A DNA stretch of 64,000 nt from Sphingomonadales bacterium. GTDB taxonomy: Bacteria; Pseudomonadota; Alphaproteobacteria; Sphingomonadales; G965227345. Below the pieces are notes generated by a model. That model saw nothing but the letters and a program-made list of their open reading frames with translations, had not been told where the DNA came from and searched no databases. Position numbers and translations under genes: made by a program. Of this stretch, positions 21,019-29,948 are shown piece after piece (position 1 is the first letter of the stretch; the number at the start of each line of letters is the position of its first letter). The DNA lies in assembly GCA_965227345.1 (NCBI GenBank), contig OZ245755.1, forward strand, positions 3,975,293 through 4,039,292. The letters are read 5' to 3'.

Positions 21019-21866
21019 TAGTCTTCCCGGTTCCTGGCCGTTGGAAAACAGCCCAGAATTCGGATGGAACTGGTGAAAAAACCAAGCTCTTCCATAGCCA
21101 GTTCCACCCGTCGTTCTGACAGGTGGCCATCAATTTCGGCATAGAATTGTGTTGCCGTGAATTTGCCGCCCAACTGATAGCTTTCCAGTTTTGTCATATT
21201 GACGCCATTGGTCGCAAAACCGCCCATGGCCTTGTACAGAGCGGCCGGAACGTTGCGTACCTGAAACATGAAGGCAATGGCAGAGGGTTCTTCAGGGGGC
21301 GGCAGTACTTCGTTCCGCGACAAGACAATGAAGCGTGTGGTGTTGTGTTCTGCATCCTCGACATCCGGCTTTAGCGCTTTCAGATCATATATTTCAGCCG
21401 CCAGTGTGGAAGCAATAGCCCCCTGAGTCGGGTCTTTTAATTCTGCAATGTAACGCGCTGCCCCGGCCGTGTCAGGGTAGACATGAGAGCTTAGGCCAAG
21501 TTTGCGCATATTCTGGCGACATTGGCCCAGCGCCTGAACATGGCTGTGAACGTCTTTTAAATTTTCAAGCGATGCCGATTTTAACCCAAGAAGTTGATGG
21601 CGCACCCTCAGGAAATGTTCGCCGATAATGTGCAAATTGGCGTGAGGTAATAACTGGTGGATATCGGCAACCCTGCCTGCCAAAGAGTTTTCAATGGGAA
21701 TCATGCCAAGTGTTGCAGCACCGTTTTCAATAGCGGCAAAGGCATCTTCAAAGGTGGGGCACGGCAACACTTCCATGTTCGGATACGCGCGCGTACACAT
21801 CATGTGTGAATTCGCGCCCGGTTCCCCCTGAAAGGCGATTTTGTTGTTATTTGTGTTTTTCGACAT
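21012..21866 (-). CDS. pheA: prephenate dehydratase
   Basis: PDT domain (IAFQGEPGANSH, TTRFIVL) plus a C-terminal ACT domain. ATG 21866 was chosen. The ORF extends to 21926. Confidence 0.9.
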   Translation of the reverse strand: MSKNTNNNKIAFQGEPGANSHMMCTRAYPNMEVLPCPTFEDAFAAIENGAATLGMIPIENSLAGRVADIHQLLPHANLHIIGEHFLRVRHQLLGLKSASLENLKDVHSHVQALGQCRQNMRKLGLSSHVYPDTAGAARYIAELKDPTQGAIASTLAAEIYDLKALKPDVEDAEHNTTRFIVLSRNEVLPPPEEPSAIAFMFQVRNVPAALYKAMGGFATNGVNMTKLESYQLGGKFTATQFYAEIDGHLSERRVELAMEELGFFTSSIRILGCFPTARNREDYH

Positions 21867-22094
21867 CTTGATCTCTACATGAAAACAGGCTGGCGCAGTA
21901 TTTGCCGAACTGCCCCAATAAGTCAACGAGAGGGTGTCCGGGAACGCCGTTTTAGCGGCTTTATATGACGATTGGTCAAAAAATATTTCATTTATAGCGT
22001 TTCTTGCCTTTCTGATGCTTGTCCTTGGGCAGAAAGCCTAGTACATAAAGGCAAGTTTTTTCGGTTTAGAGATAGTCAATAGTGGGGAAAAACC

Positions 22095-22691
22095 TTGGAC
22101 TCCTTTGAGATTAACAAAATAGCAGGCGCCATTCTGTTTTGCCTTCTGGTTTTTATCGGCATCAACAATCTGAGTCACGTTGTTATGCATCGTGAACCTC
22201 TGGAAAAAAATGCCTATGTGGTTGAGGGGGTTGAAGAAGATTCAACAGCCACTGCCGCCGTTGAGGAAGTTGAAGAAGGACCATCTCTTGCCGTTCTTCT
22301 GGCGTCTGCTTCGATAGAAAAGGGCGAGAAAGCATTCAAAAAGTGTGCTTCGTGTCATGTTGCTGAAAAGGGTGGCGCCAACAAGGTCGGCCCGGTGCTC
22401 TACAATACAGTCGGACACGAAATTGCGGTGCATGACAGCTTCGGATATTCCGAAGCGCTGGAAACGCACGGGGGAAGCTGGACGTTTGAGAATCTGGATG
22501 CCTGGCTAGAAAATCCGAGAAAGTTCATTCCGGGGAACAAGATGGCGTTTGCAGGTGTTCGCAAGGCGGAAGAGCGGGCTGATCTGATTGTATATCTGAA
22601 CTCACATACTGATTCTCCCTTGCCATTGCCTGAGATTGAAGAGGCAAGCGAACCCGCTGCTTCTGAAGAACAGACAGAGGCTGGCGAATAG
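22095..22691 (+). CDS. membrane-anchored c-type cytochrome
   Basis: N-terminal TM helix, heme motif CASCH, and a distal Met region (PGNKMAFAG). Confidence 0.8.
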   Translation: MDSFEINKIAGAILFCLLVFIGINNLSHVVMHREPLEKNAYVVEGVEEDSTATAAVEEVEEGPSLAVLLASASIEKGEKAFKKCASCHVAEKGGANKVGPVLYNTVGHEIAVHDSFGYSEALETHGGSWTFENLDAWLENPRKFIPGNKMAFAGVRKAEERADLIVYLNSHTDSPLPLPEIEEASEPAASEEQTEAGE

Positions 22692-22719
22692 AGCAGAACT
22701 TAATTCTTGCAGGATAGTG

Positions 22720-22753
22720 AAAAAGGCGGTCGGTTATCCGGGCCGCCTTTTTT
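22720..22753. terminator. bidirectional rho-independent terminator
   Basis: A5-GGCGGTCGG-TTAT-CCGGGCCGCC-T6 hairpin between convergent genes. Confidence 0.6.
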
Positions 22754-22772
22754 GGTGATTGTGGGCTTCTTA

Positions 22773-24362
22773 TTATGATACCCGGGCGAAAGTATCTGCT
22801 GACGCCTGCAACCATGAATTTGCATATACTGTGCTGTCCGGCTCAGATAAAAGCTGTCCGGTACTGAGAGAGGGATATATTTGGTCCATAGGCAGGGCGC
22901 GCGTGGGATCTATTCGACAATAGAGGTCCGATACGACAAATTCCTGTGGCTTTTCCAGCCCGGCAGCTGCCGTTATTTCCATGAGCGCTTTCATCGTATT
23001 GGCATGAAAGTTCGCTACTCTCGCGGCCTTGTCTTCAATGTTGAGAGCCTTTTGGCGCAATTTGTCCTGGGTAGCAACGCCTGTTGGACATGTCCCAAGG
23101 TGACATCTCATTGACTGAACGCAGCCCAGGGAAAACATGAAGGAACGCGCCGCATTTGACCAGTCCGCGCCCAGGGCGCAATTCATGGCAATGGAAGACG
23201 CATCAATAACCTTGCCGCTTGCACCTATACTGATGTGTTTTTTTAGATCTGTGCCGACAAGGGCGTTGCGGACAATCGTGAGACCTTCTCTAAGCGGCAT
23301 TCCGAAATGATCGGAAAGCTCCACAGGCGCTGCTCCGGTTCCGCCTTCTCCGCCATCAACCACAATAAAATCAAGATAAATTTCAGTTTTTCTCATGGCT
23401 TTCATAATGGCAAAAACCTCATGAGGCTTGCCAACACACAGCTTTATGCCAACCGGTTTGCCGCCAGACGCTTCACGCAACTGTGACACAAATTCGAGCA
23501 TCTCAATTGGCGTCGAGAAGGCACTGTGATAGGCGGGGGAAATACAATCGGAATAGGCCGGAACACCGCGCGCCCTTGCAATTTCCTCTGTAACCTTGGG
23601 GGCGGGCAAGACACCACCATGTCCAGGCTTTGCGCCCTGGCTCAGTTTAATTTCAATCATTTTCACCTGGGGTCTGGATGCCATTTCGGCGAAGGCACCC
23701 GGGTCGAATGATCCATCACTGTTCCTGCATCCAAAATAGCCTGAGCCAATTTCCCACACCAGGTCGCCACCATGCCTTTCGTGATAAACACTGACGGAGC
23801 CTTCTCCCGAATCATGAAAGAAGTTACCCATCTTTGCTCCCATGTTCAGGGCTTCGATTGCATGGGCACTTAGTGCCCCAAAACTCATGGCGGAAATATT
23901 GAGGATGGATGCCGAATAGGGCCGCTCACATTGGGGGCCACCTATTGTTATTCGAAACGGTTCCCTGCTTTGCCTTGCTGGCGAAATGCTATGCCCGAGC
24001 CATTCATATTCACCGGCATAAACGTCATGTTCAGTGCCAAAAGGATGCGCGTCCTCGACACCCTTTGAGCGTTCATATACCAGCGTACGCTGGTTTTTGC
24101 TGAAGGGTTTGCCTTCCTGATTGCCCTCCACGATATAGGCATGCAAATACGGCCTCAGGCTTTCAAAGAACCAGCGAAAATAGGCAGAAAGCGGATAGTT
24201 ACGCAGAAGTGTATGACGTCTTTGGAGGATATTCCAAAATCCGACAAGAGACAGGAAACCGAAGGCAAGCAAGACAGGCCAGAAATAAGGGAACCGAAAG
24301 ATCAGACCGGCCAGAATTACGGTCATCAGGGTTATCAGGGCCCATGGGGCGTAACGCATCAT
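22773..24362 (-). CDS. FMN-binding glutamate synthase family protein (GltB FMN-domain paralogue, membrane anchored)
   Basis: Two N-terminal TM helices, then a GltS FMN/TIM-barrel-like core (IKLSQGAKPGHGG, VVDGGEGGTGAAP, C...CHLGTCPTGVATQ). Confidence 0.85.
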   Translation of the reverse strand: MMRYAPWALITLMTVILAGLIFRFPYFWPVLLAFGFLSLVGFWNILQRRHTLLRNYPLSAYFRWFFESLRPYLHAYIVEGNQEGKPFSKNQRTLVYERSKGVEDAHPFGTEHDVYAGEYEWLGHSISPARQSREPFRITIGGPQCERPYSASILNISAMSFGALSAHAIEALNMGAKMGNFFHDSGEGSVSVYHERHGGDLVWEIGSGYFGCRNSDGSFDPGAFAEMASRPQVKMIEIKLSQGAKPGHGGVLPAPKVTEEIARARGVPAYSDCISPAYHSAFSTPIEMLEFVSQLREASGGKPVGIKLCVGKPHEVFAIMKAMRKTEIYLDFIVVDGGEGGTGAAPVELSDHFGMPLREGLTIVRNALVGTDLKKHISIGASGKVIDASSIAMNCALGADWSNAARSFMFSLGCVQSMRCHLGTCPTGVATQDKLRQKALNIEDKAARVANFHANTMKALMEITAAAGLEKPQEFVVSDLYCRIDPTRALPMDQIYPSLSTGQLLSEPDSTVYANSWLQASADTFARVS

Positions 24363-24409
24363 GCTTTCGTATCTCCTGTATAAAGATTTACGTCAGGTCC
24401 CATCGGCGT

Positions 24410-25288
24410 TCACGTAACGCACGGCTCGACTGGCCGGCAAGCTCCGGTATAAGGAGATTTCTCGGTTTTGCCGACGATTTCAATCACATCTGACAGGGTG
24501 TCGATTGCTACGGCCATATGGGTTGCATTTGCGTGTAGAAGCCGCTCTGCATCGAGCATGATCCCCACATGCCCCGGAAAAAAAGCGATATCCCCCCGCT
24601 GCAAAAGTTGATCAGGAGGCAGAAGTGAAGACTTAAGTGCTTCCAGCTGCATATCCGTGTCCCGGGGCATATTCGTTCCCGCCATATTGAACAGGATTTG
24701 CACAAGCCCGGAACAATCCATGCCCACATGAGTCTTTCCACCCCAAAGATAAGGTGTGCCAAGGAATGTCATGGCTGTTGTGACATAGTCCGGCAGGACT
24801 TCAGTTATATCAATGACATGTCTGTCATATATCCAGCTACCATCGGCCAGTTCAATAAAACCGTTGGTTGGTGGAGCCCCTTTTGCAGTAACTGGCGATC
24901 CCATAAAGATGCTTCTTGTGGGGCGGGATTTCAGGTTCGGCTTTGGATAAAGGTGACTGGATGGCACACAAACAAGGTGGGTCTGCGCCTTGTCCGGGGT
25001 GATCAACTCACCGGAAGAAATATATCCAACGTAACCGTCCCTTCGGGCCTGTCCCCAGGCCCAGCCTTCGTGCTGTTCAAACACTTCGAACGTTTCGCCA
25101 TACAATAATTCGCTGATCATCATGGCATCATGGGACGGTTTGTTAAGAACTGGAATTCGGGACCCGTTTGCCTGCAAAACTTCCCCGTCCACAAACTGTT
25201 CTGCTTCCGCCAATCCCTGATAGCGTTTGGCAGCAAGGTCAGGTCTTACGGGGTGGATACGGGGGTCAAGCATGGGATATCTACTCAC
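24410..25288 (-). CDS. cytoplasmic SH3b + NlpC/P60 (C40) peptidase
   Basis: C-terminal NlpC/P60 core (YLWGGKTHVGMDCSGLV ... GHVGIM). The N-terminal region is SH3b-like and there is no signal peptide. The GTG 25288 start overlaps the upstream stop. ATG 25273 is an alternative start. Confidence 0.8.
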   Translation of the reverse strand: MSRYPMLDPRIHPVRPDLAAKRYQGLAEAEQFVDGEVLQANGSRIPVLNKPSHDAMMISELLYGETFEVFEQHEGWAWGQARRDGYVGYISSGELITPDKAQTHLVCVPSSHLYPKPNLKSRPTRSIFMGSPVTAKGAPPTNGFIELADGSWIYDRHVIDITEVLPDYVTTAMTFLGTPYLWGGKTHVGMDCSGLVQILFNMAGTNMPRDTDMQLEALKSSLLPPDQLLQRGDIAFFPGHVGIMLDAERLLHANATHMAVAIDTLSDVIEIVGKTEKSPYTGACRPVEPCVT

Positions 25289-25653
25289 TGTTTGTTGCTG
25301 TTGTTATTTATTGTTCGACTTTCGGCTTTGGAAATAAGTTCTGAAAACTCACTTAAAAACACCGCGCCCTTGACTGTCCGCTGGACCAGTATATTGCGTT
25401 TGTCTTCTTCGTCTTTTTTACGACGGACAAAGCCCAGATTGCTCATGGTATCCAGTGCCCGGGTGACGACGGGTTTTGTTACATTAAGGTTTTTAGCCAG
25501 ACCGCGGACCGTGTGGGGCGGTGGGGACAAGTATATCGTAAGCAGGATCGCCATTTGCCGTGATGTAAGATCCGGGCCCTGCTTTCGGATATTTTCCAGA
25601 AGTGTATCCAGCCAGACTTCCAGACCTGCACGACTATCGAAACTGGTGGTCAA
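25285..25653 (-). CDS. small MarR-type winged-helix transcriptional regulator
   Basis: LTSRQMAILLTIY...HTVRGLAKNLNVTKPVVTRALDTMSNLGFVRR helix-turn-helix plus wing. Confidence 0.7.
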   Translation of the reverse strand: MTTSFDSRAGLEVWLDTLLENIRKQGPDLTSRQMAILLTIYLSPPPHTVRGLAKNLNVTKPVVTRALDTMSNLGFVRRKKDEEDKRNILVQRTVKGAVFLSEFSELISKAESRTINNNSNKQ

Positions 25654-25682
25654 TATCGAATCTCCGGAGCTTTTCGTGTTGA

Positions 25683-27089
25683 TTACCCCACACTGGGGAA
25701 ACGTTCTTCCAGCAGGGCGTAAACTGTTCGCAAGGCCATGGCTTCACCACCCGTCGGCCTGCCGGCACGTGTACTGGCATTCCACGCATAAACATCAAAG
25801 TGTGCCCAGCTGCCAGCGGCAGAAACGAATTTTTTTAAATAAAGCGCAGCAGTGATGGCCCCACCGAAGCCACCATCTGCAATGTTATTGGTATCGGCTA
25901 TCTTGCTTTTGAGGCCATCGGCATATGGTGTCCACAAGGGCAGGCGCCAGACAGGATCAGCCTCGGCAACGGACAATCTGGCAAGATCATTTGCCAGGGT
26001 GTGATCATCAGTAAAAAAGGGTGGGATGTCGGGACCAAGGGCAACCCTTGCAGCCCCGGTCAATGTTGCGAAATCCAGCATCAGGTCGGGCTTTTCCAGA
26101 TCACCAAGCGAAAGGGCATCGCACAGGATTAACCGGCCCTCGGCGTCGGTATTGCCAATTTCAACCGTCAAACCCTTGTGGGTCTGAATGACATCGCCGG
26201 GGCGAAAGGCATTGCCGCTAATGGCATTTTCAACGGCGGGAACCAGAACGCGCAGCCGAACATTCAGATTGGCGGACATTATCATCTCGGCCAGCGCAAG
26301 CGCATGGGCAGCTCCACCCATATCTTTTTTCATCAGTCGCATGCCGGAGGAAGGCTTTAGATCCAGACCCCCGCTGTCAAAACATACACCCTTGCCAACC
26401 AGGGTCAGTTTCGGAGCGTTGTCGGGACCCCAGCGAATGTCAATCAGACGGGGTGCCTCGGCGCTTGCGCGCCCGACGGCATGTATCGCAGGCAGATTGG
26501 CGGCCAGAAGATCCTCTCCCACGATGCAGGAAAATTCTGCGCCATGCTCAACTGCGATTTTTCGCGCTGCGCCTTCAAGCTCGCCCGGCCCCAGATCATT
26601 GGTGGGGGTGTTCACCAGATCCCGGACAGTAAAGGTGCCCCTGACAACGCGCTCTATTTTAGCCGGATCGCAGGCTTGGGGTAATACAAGCCGGGCGTAC
26701 CCTGATCTGTTGTCTTTCGTGTATCGGGTGAATTTATAACCGCTTAAGGCCCAGCCCAGTGCGGCATGGTAGGCGGCGTCCGTGCCAAGATCGTGATCAA
26801 TGTGATAGTCGGCCACGGGCAATTTTTCGGCGACACCCGCAAAAAGCCAGGGGTCTACTTCTGACGGGCGTTGGCTGCCTGTGCCAACTATTACTCCTTC
26901 AATCCCGCCAGAGGAGGTGGGGAGAATAAGTATTTGCCCCTTGTCTGCCGTGAAGTTTTGGGATTTTGCCCACGTTATGAAATTTTCAGGCCGATCTGCA
27001 AACCAGCTCTCGAATTCTGATTTTTGAACCAGCCAGATTGGGTATGCAGGATTTTTAGACGTTGTGATCAGGTTATTATGCACGAACAA
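25683..27089 (-). CDS. leucyl aminopeptidase (M17) family protein
   Basis: M17 signature NTDAEGRLILCDAL and metal-ligand context (VGKGVCFDSGG). TTG or GTG start. Confidence 0.88.
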   Translation of the reverse strand: MFVHNNLITTSKNPAYPIWLVQKSEFESWFADRPENFITWAKSQNFTADKGQILILPTSSGGIEGVIVGTGSQRPSEVDPWLFAGVAEKLPVADYHIDHDLGTDAAYHAALGWALSGYKFTRYTKDNRSGYARLVLPQACDPAKIERVVRGTFTVRDLVNTPTNDLGPGELEGAARKIAVEHGAEFSCIVGEDLLAANLPAIHAVGRASAEAPRLIDIRWGPDNAPKLTLVGKGVCFDSGGLDLKPSSGMRLMKKDMGGAAHALALAEMIMSANLNVRLRVLVPAVENAISGNAFRPGDVIQTHKGLTVEIGNTDAEGRLILCDALSLGDLEKPDLMLDFATLTGAARVALGPDIPPFFTDDHTLANDLARLSVAEADPVWRLPLWTPYADGLKSKIADTNNIADGGFGGAITAALYLKKFVSAAGSWAHFDVYAWNASTRAGRPTGGEAMALRTVYALLEERFPSVG

Positions 27090-27101
27090 AACTCATTTCA
27101 A

Positions 27102-27830
27102 TTAGGAAGAAGGGTGACCGGAAGTGGCATTGTATATAACTGGCATCTGGCCTGTCCATTGCCGCCAAAGTTTATCGTTCGTGATCAGGTCAGCCATAAA
27201 ATGACTGACATTGACACGGCTGGTAGTGCCAGCGTCGAAGATGGCGCTTCTGGTGGGTGAAGGGTGTAATTCATAGGCTGTTACTTCGGCTTCATCAATT
27301 AGCCCGTCAGGGCGCACAACGACCCATTCAATGTCGGCATTATTCCCCGTCCGCAAGTAATCCGCTGCGGCTTCATTATCGGCATGCGGCGGGAGCAGCA
27401 GGCGGATAAGCCAAATGATGCATTTCTGCCCGAATGACACTTGCTCGTTCAGGTCCCGGTTTCGGTTGCCGGTCGTATTCATGAGTACAAACCGGACAGG
27501 TTGGTCGGGATTATTGGCTCTGGCCGCTTCGCATAGTCGTCGGGTTGCATCTGTTACCAGCCTGTAAGGCGGGCCAAACATCCCTTTGAAGTTGAGATTA
27601 TGGCCAAGACAGGACGCCAGAGCCCTGCAACCCTTGACGTGCTGAACCATTTCGGCGTTACCAAGGTCCAGAATATTTGCATGAATGATAGTCAGGTTTT
27701 CATGATTCCTGAGATGCTCTGGCAGGGATTCAGGTGAACGGACGACGGCCTTCACCTTGTGCCCCCGTTTCAGCAACTGCTCGGCCAGTAACTTTCCTGT
27801 GGCTCCACTTGCCCCCGCGAGGAGTATCAT
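27102..27830 (-). CDS. NAD(P)H-binding (NmrA/atypical SDR-like) protein
   Basis: N-terminal Rossmann motif ILLAGASGATGKLL. Confidence 0.75.
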   Translation of the reverse strand: MILLAGASGATGKLLAEQLLKRGHKVKAVVRSPESLPEHLRNHENLTIIHANILDLGNAEMVQHVKGCRALASCLGHNLNFKGMFGPPYRLVTDATRRLCEAARANNPDQPVRFVLMNTTGNRNRDLNEQVSFGQKCIIWLIRLLLPPHADNEAAADYLRTGNNADIEWVVVRPDGLIDEAEVTAYELHPSPTRSAIFDAGTTSRVNVSHFMADLITNDKLWRQWTGQMPVIYNATSGHPSS

Positions 27831-27953
27831 CAGTTCATTTCTCCGTCGTTTATGGTATTCAGGAGTGGTTCTGGAAACTATGACGTTCTTATAACTGAAA
27901 TTCTGTGTCTGCGCACGGCTATATCGGTATTGGAAAGATGGAGGTTGTTGGAT

Positions 27954-28592
27954 ATGGCTGACTATTCGCTGGTTATCGGGAATAAGGACTGGTCTTCATG
28001 GTCACTTCGGCCCTGGCTGGCCTTGCGGGAGGCGGGCATTCCATTTGATGAAATCAACATCAGTCTCAGAAGTGATGACACACGCGAGCAAATATTAAAA
28101 CACTCGCCGTCTGGCAAGGTTCCTGCACTGGTTACGGGGCAAGGTGTCATTTGGGATAGCTTGTCCATTCTTGAATTTATAGCTGAACAAAGTTCGAAGG
28201 TTAAGCTTTGGCCGGAAGACCCCGTCGCGCGGGCTATCGCCCGGTCTGTCAGTGCAGAAATGCACTCAGGCTTTCAATCTTTAAGAAATGAACTTCCCAT
28301 GCTGTTTCTGGGGCGTGATGTGAGCAAGGAAATATTCCCTGCGGTGCAAGCTGATATTGATCGCGTTCAGGTGATATGGAACGATTGTCGCGCACGTTTT
28401 GGCCAGGGTGGTGATTTTCTGTTTGGCTCGTTCAGCGTGGCAGACGCCATGTATGCGCCTGTTGTGTCGCGCTTCACAACCTACAACATCAAGCTGGATG
28501 ATGTATCGGCAGCTTATTCCCGTGCCATATGGGCGCTGGACAGCATGCAGGAATGGGGCGAGGGCGCCCGGTTACAGCAGGAACAGGAATAG
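27954..28592 (+). CDS. glutathione S-transferase family protein
   Basis: ATG 27954 is preceded by GGAGG. It has a thioredoxin-like N-domain (SSWSLRPWLALREAGIPF...KVPAL). The ORF extends to 27852. Confidence 0.8.
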   Translation: MADYSLVIGNKDWSSWSLRPWLALREAGIPFDEINISLRSDDTREQILKHSPSGKVPALVTGQGVIWDSLSILEFIAEQSSKVKLWPEDPVARAIARSVSAEMHSGFQSLRNELPMLFLGRDVSKEIFPAVQADIDRVQVIWNDCRARFGQGGDFLFGSFSVADAMYAPVVSRFTTYNIKLDDVSAAYSRAIWALDSMQEWGEGARLQQEQE

Positions 28593-28602
28593 CAGTAAGC
28601 GA

Positions 28603-29304
28603 TCAGGGATAACTGCAACGATCTGCTGTTGCCGTAACAATGCCCCTGTTGCCGGAAGTCAGGTTAAAACTGTATTCCCATTCGCCGGCAACAACAGAGT
28701 GCTGTAGCGGCAAAACGCCGGTCGCTTCTGTAACAGCACCGTTGATATGCTGAAATCTGACCGTGACGGGTTTTGACGTGTCGTACCATGCTTCGGGGTT
28801 GCCTTCGTCATTTATGGCGGGTTGACCGGACGCCGTGACGGTAATCGTATTATCGGCAAAACTTGCGGCTGCGCCCGGCGTTTCATACACAGGTGTCTGG
28901 ACGAAGAAACGTTTTGTAACGGGGCTGTTATCGCAGGCACGCTCGGCACTGGTGACGCTGACAATGAACTCCAGTCGATCAACAGGCACACCTTCCTGAA
29001 CCCGGGTGCGGATTAATTCAGCCAGTGGCTTCAGTTCTTCAGTCGGAACCTGCTGGCGCAAAAGGGCCTCGCGGCCCTTTGAATCTGCAATTTCAACCTG
29101 AAGTTCATTAATTTCACTGCGCAAATTATCGTTGATATTCTGGAGTTCGGCGACCTCACGGCGGGCAACACTTGATCCGGTATACCAGGCGTATCCGCCT
29201 GCCAGAACGACGGCACCGATTAGAAGTGACCATTTAAACAGTCCCAGCCAAAAACGTTGTTTGCGGCGCTGCGCTTCTCTTCTGCGTGACGAACCTAGTT
29301 TCAA
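28603..29304 (-). CDS. hypothetical bitopic membrane protein with coiled coil
   Basis: Basic N-terminus, one TM helix, a heptad-like segment (ELQNINDNLRSEINELQVEI), and a beta-rich C-terminal domain with two Cys. I recognise no family. Confidence 0.55.
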   Translation of the reverse strand: MKLGSSRRREAQRRKQRFWLGLFKWSLLIGAVVLAGGYAWYTGSSVARREVAELQNINDNLRSEINELQVEIADSKGREALLRQQVPTEELKPLAELIRTRVQEGVPVDRLEFIVSVTSAERACDNSPVTKRFFVQTPVYETPGAAASFADNTITVTASGQPAINDEGNPEAWYDTSKPVTVRFQHINGAVTEATGVLPLQHSVVAGEWEYSFNLTSGNRGIVTATADRCSYP

Positions 29305-29353
29305 GCCGTGTCTCCGGAAATGTCAATTTTGGCCGGTAGAGTTTCACAGGCAA

Positions 29354-29443
29354 TGGCGGAGGGGATGAGATTCGAACTCACGAGGGACTTGCGCCCCCAC
29401 ACGCTTTCCAGGCGTGCGCCTTAAACCACTCGGCCACCCCTCC
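29354..29443 (-). tRNA. tRNA-Ser (anticodon GGA)
   Basis: The minus strand reads GGAGGGGTGGCCGAGTGG...CCTGGAAAGCG...long variable arm...GTTCGAATC...CCCCTCCGCCA. The cloverleaf folds by eye and CCA is encoded. Confidence 0.93.
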
Positions 29444-29624
29444 GTGCCTGTTGTCACCATGGTATAAACCGGGCGACTCGGCCGCACTATAAAGCAAGAA
29501 AAGCATGACGCAAGACGCCAGAACTTCCCATATAAATATTTTTGCGACAATAACGCGTTCTTTACCATAATTATGCTAGAATTCGGTATCATTTTGATGA
29601 TCAGAATGATGGAGAGTCTATTGA

Positions 29625-29933
29625 ATGTTTTTGAAATGGGTTGTGATCTGGAGCTTTATACTGCTGGCAGTTTCCCTGCTGGGAACAGAAGTTCTGGTTG
29701 GGCTGGAAAATGGCGCTTATCATTTTCTTAGCTTGCTGGACGTGTGGCGCCATTATGCAGGTGACAGTCTGAAGCAGATTCAAGCGCTGGAGGATCACAG
29801 ATTTTTGTTCTGGATCTGGGATCCTGTACTGCGCACGGCGTTGGCTATTCCGGCCTGGCTGCTTCCCGGCGCGTTGGGAATTTGGCTTTTGTGGACGACA
29901 AAGCGACCGGAACGCAAAACCATTAGATATTAG
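29625..29933 (+). CDS. hypothetical small membrane protein
   Basis: 102-aa ORF with two or three hydrophobic helices in an otherwise unassigned gap. No homology recognised. Confidence 0.35.
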   Translation: MFLKWVVIWSFILLAVSLLGTEVLVGLENGAYHFLSLLDVWRHYAGDSLKQIQALEDHRFLFWIWDPVLRTALAIPAWLLPGALGIWLLWTTKRPERKTIRY

Positions 29934-29948
29934 CCGGCACAGGGCCGC

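Noticed and set aside
25130-25855. 241-aa plus-strand ORF.
   Set aside because: It is antisense to the NlpC/P60, MarR and M17 genes. Its Ser/Arg/Leu-rich composition is typical of shadow ORFs.
29354-29443. tRNA-Ser as the attachment site of a genomic island.
   Set aside because: There is no integrase nearby. I found no direct repeat of the tRNA 3' end in the flanking few kb. The neighbouring genes (GST, lepA) look like core genes.
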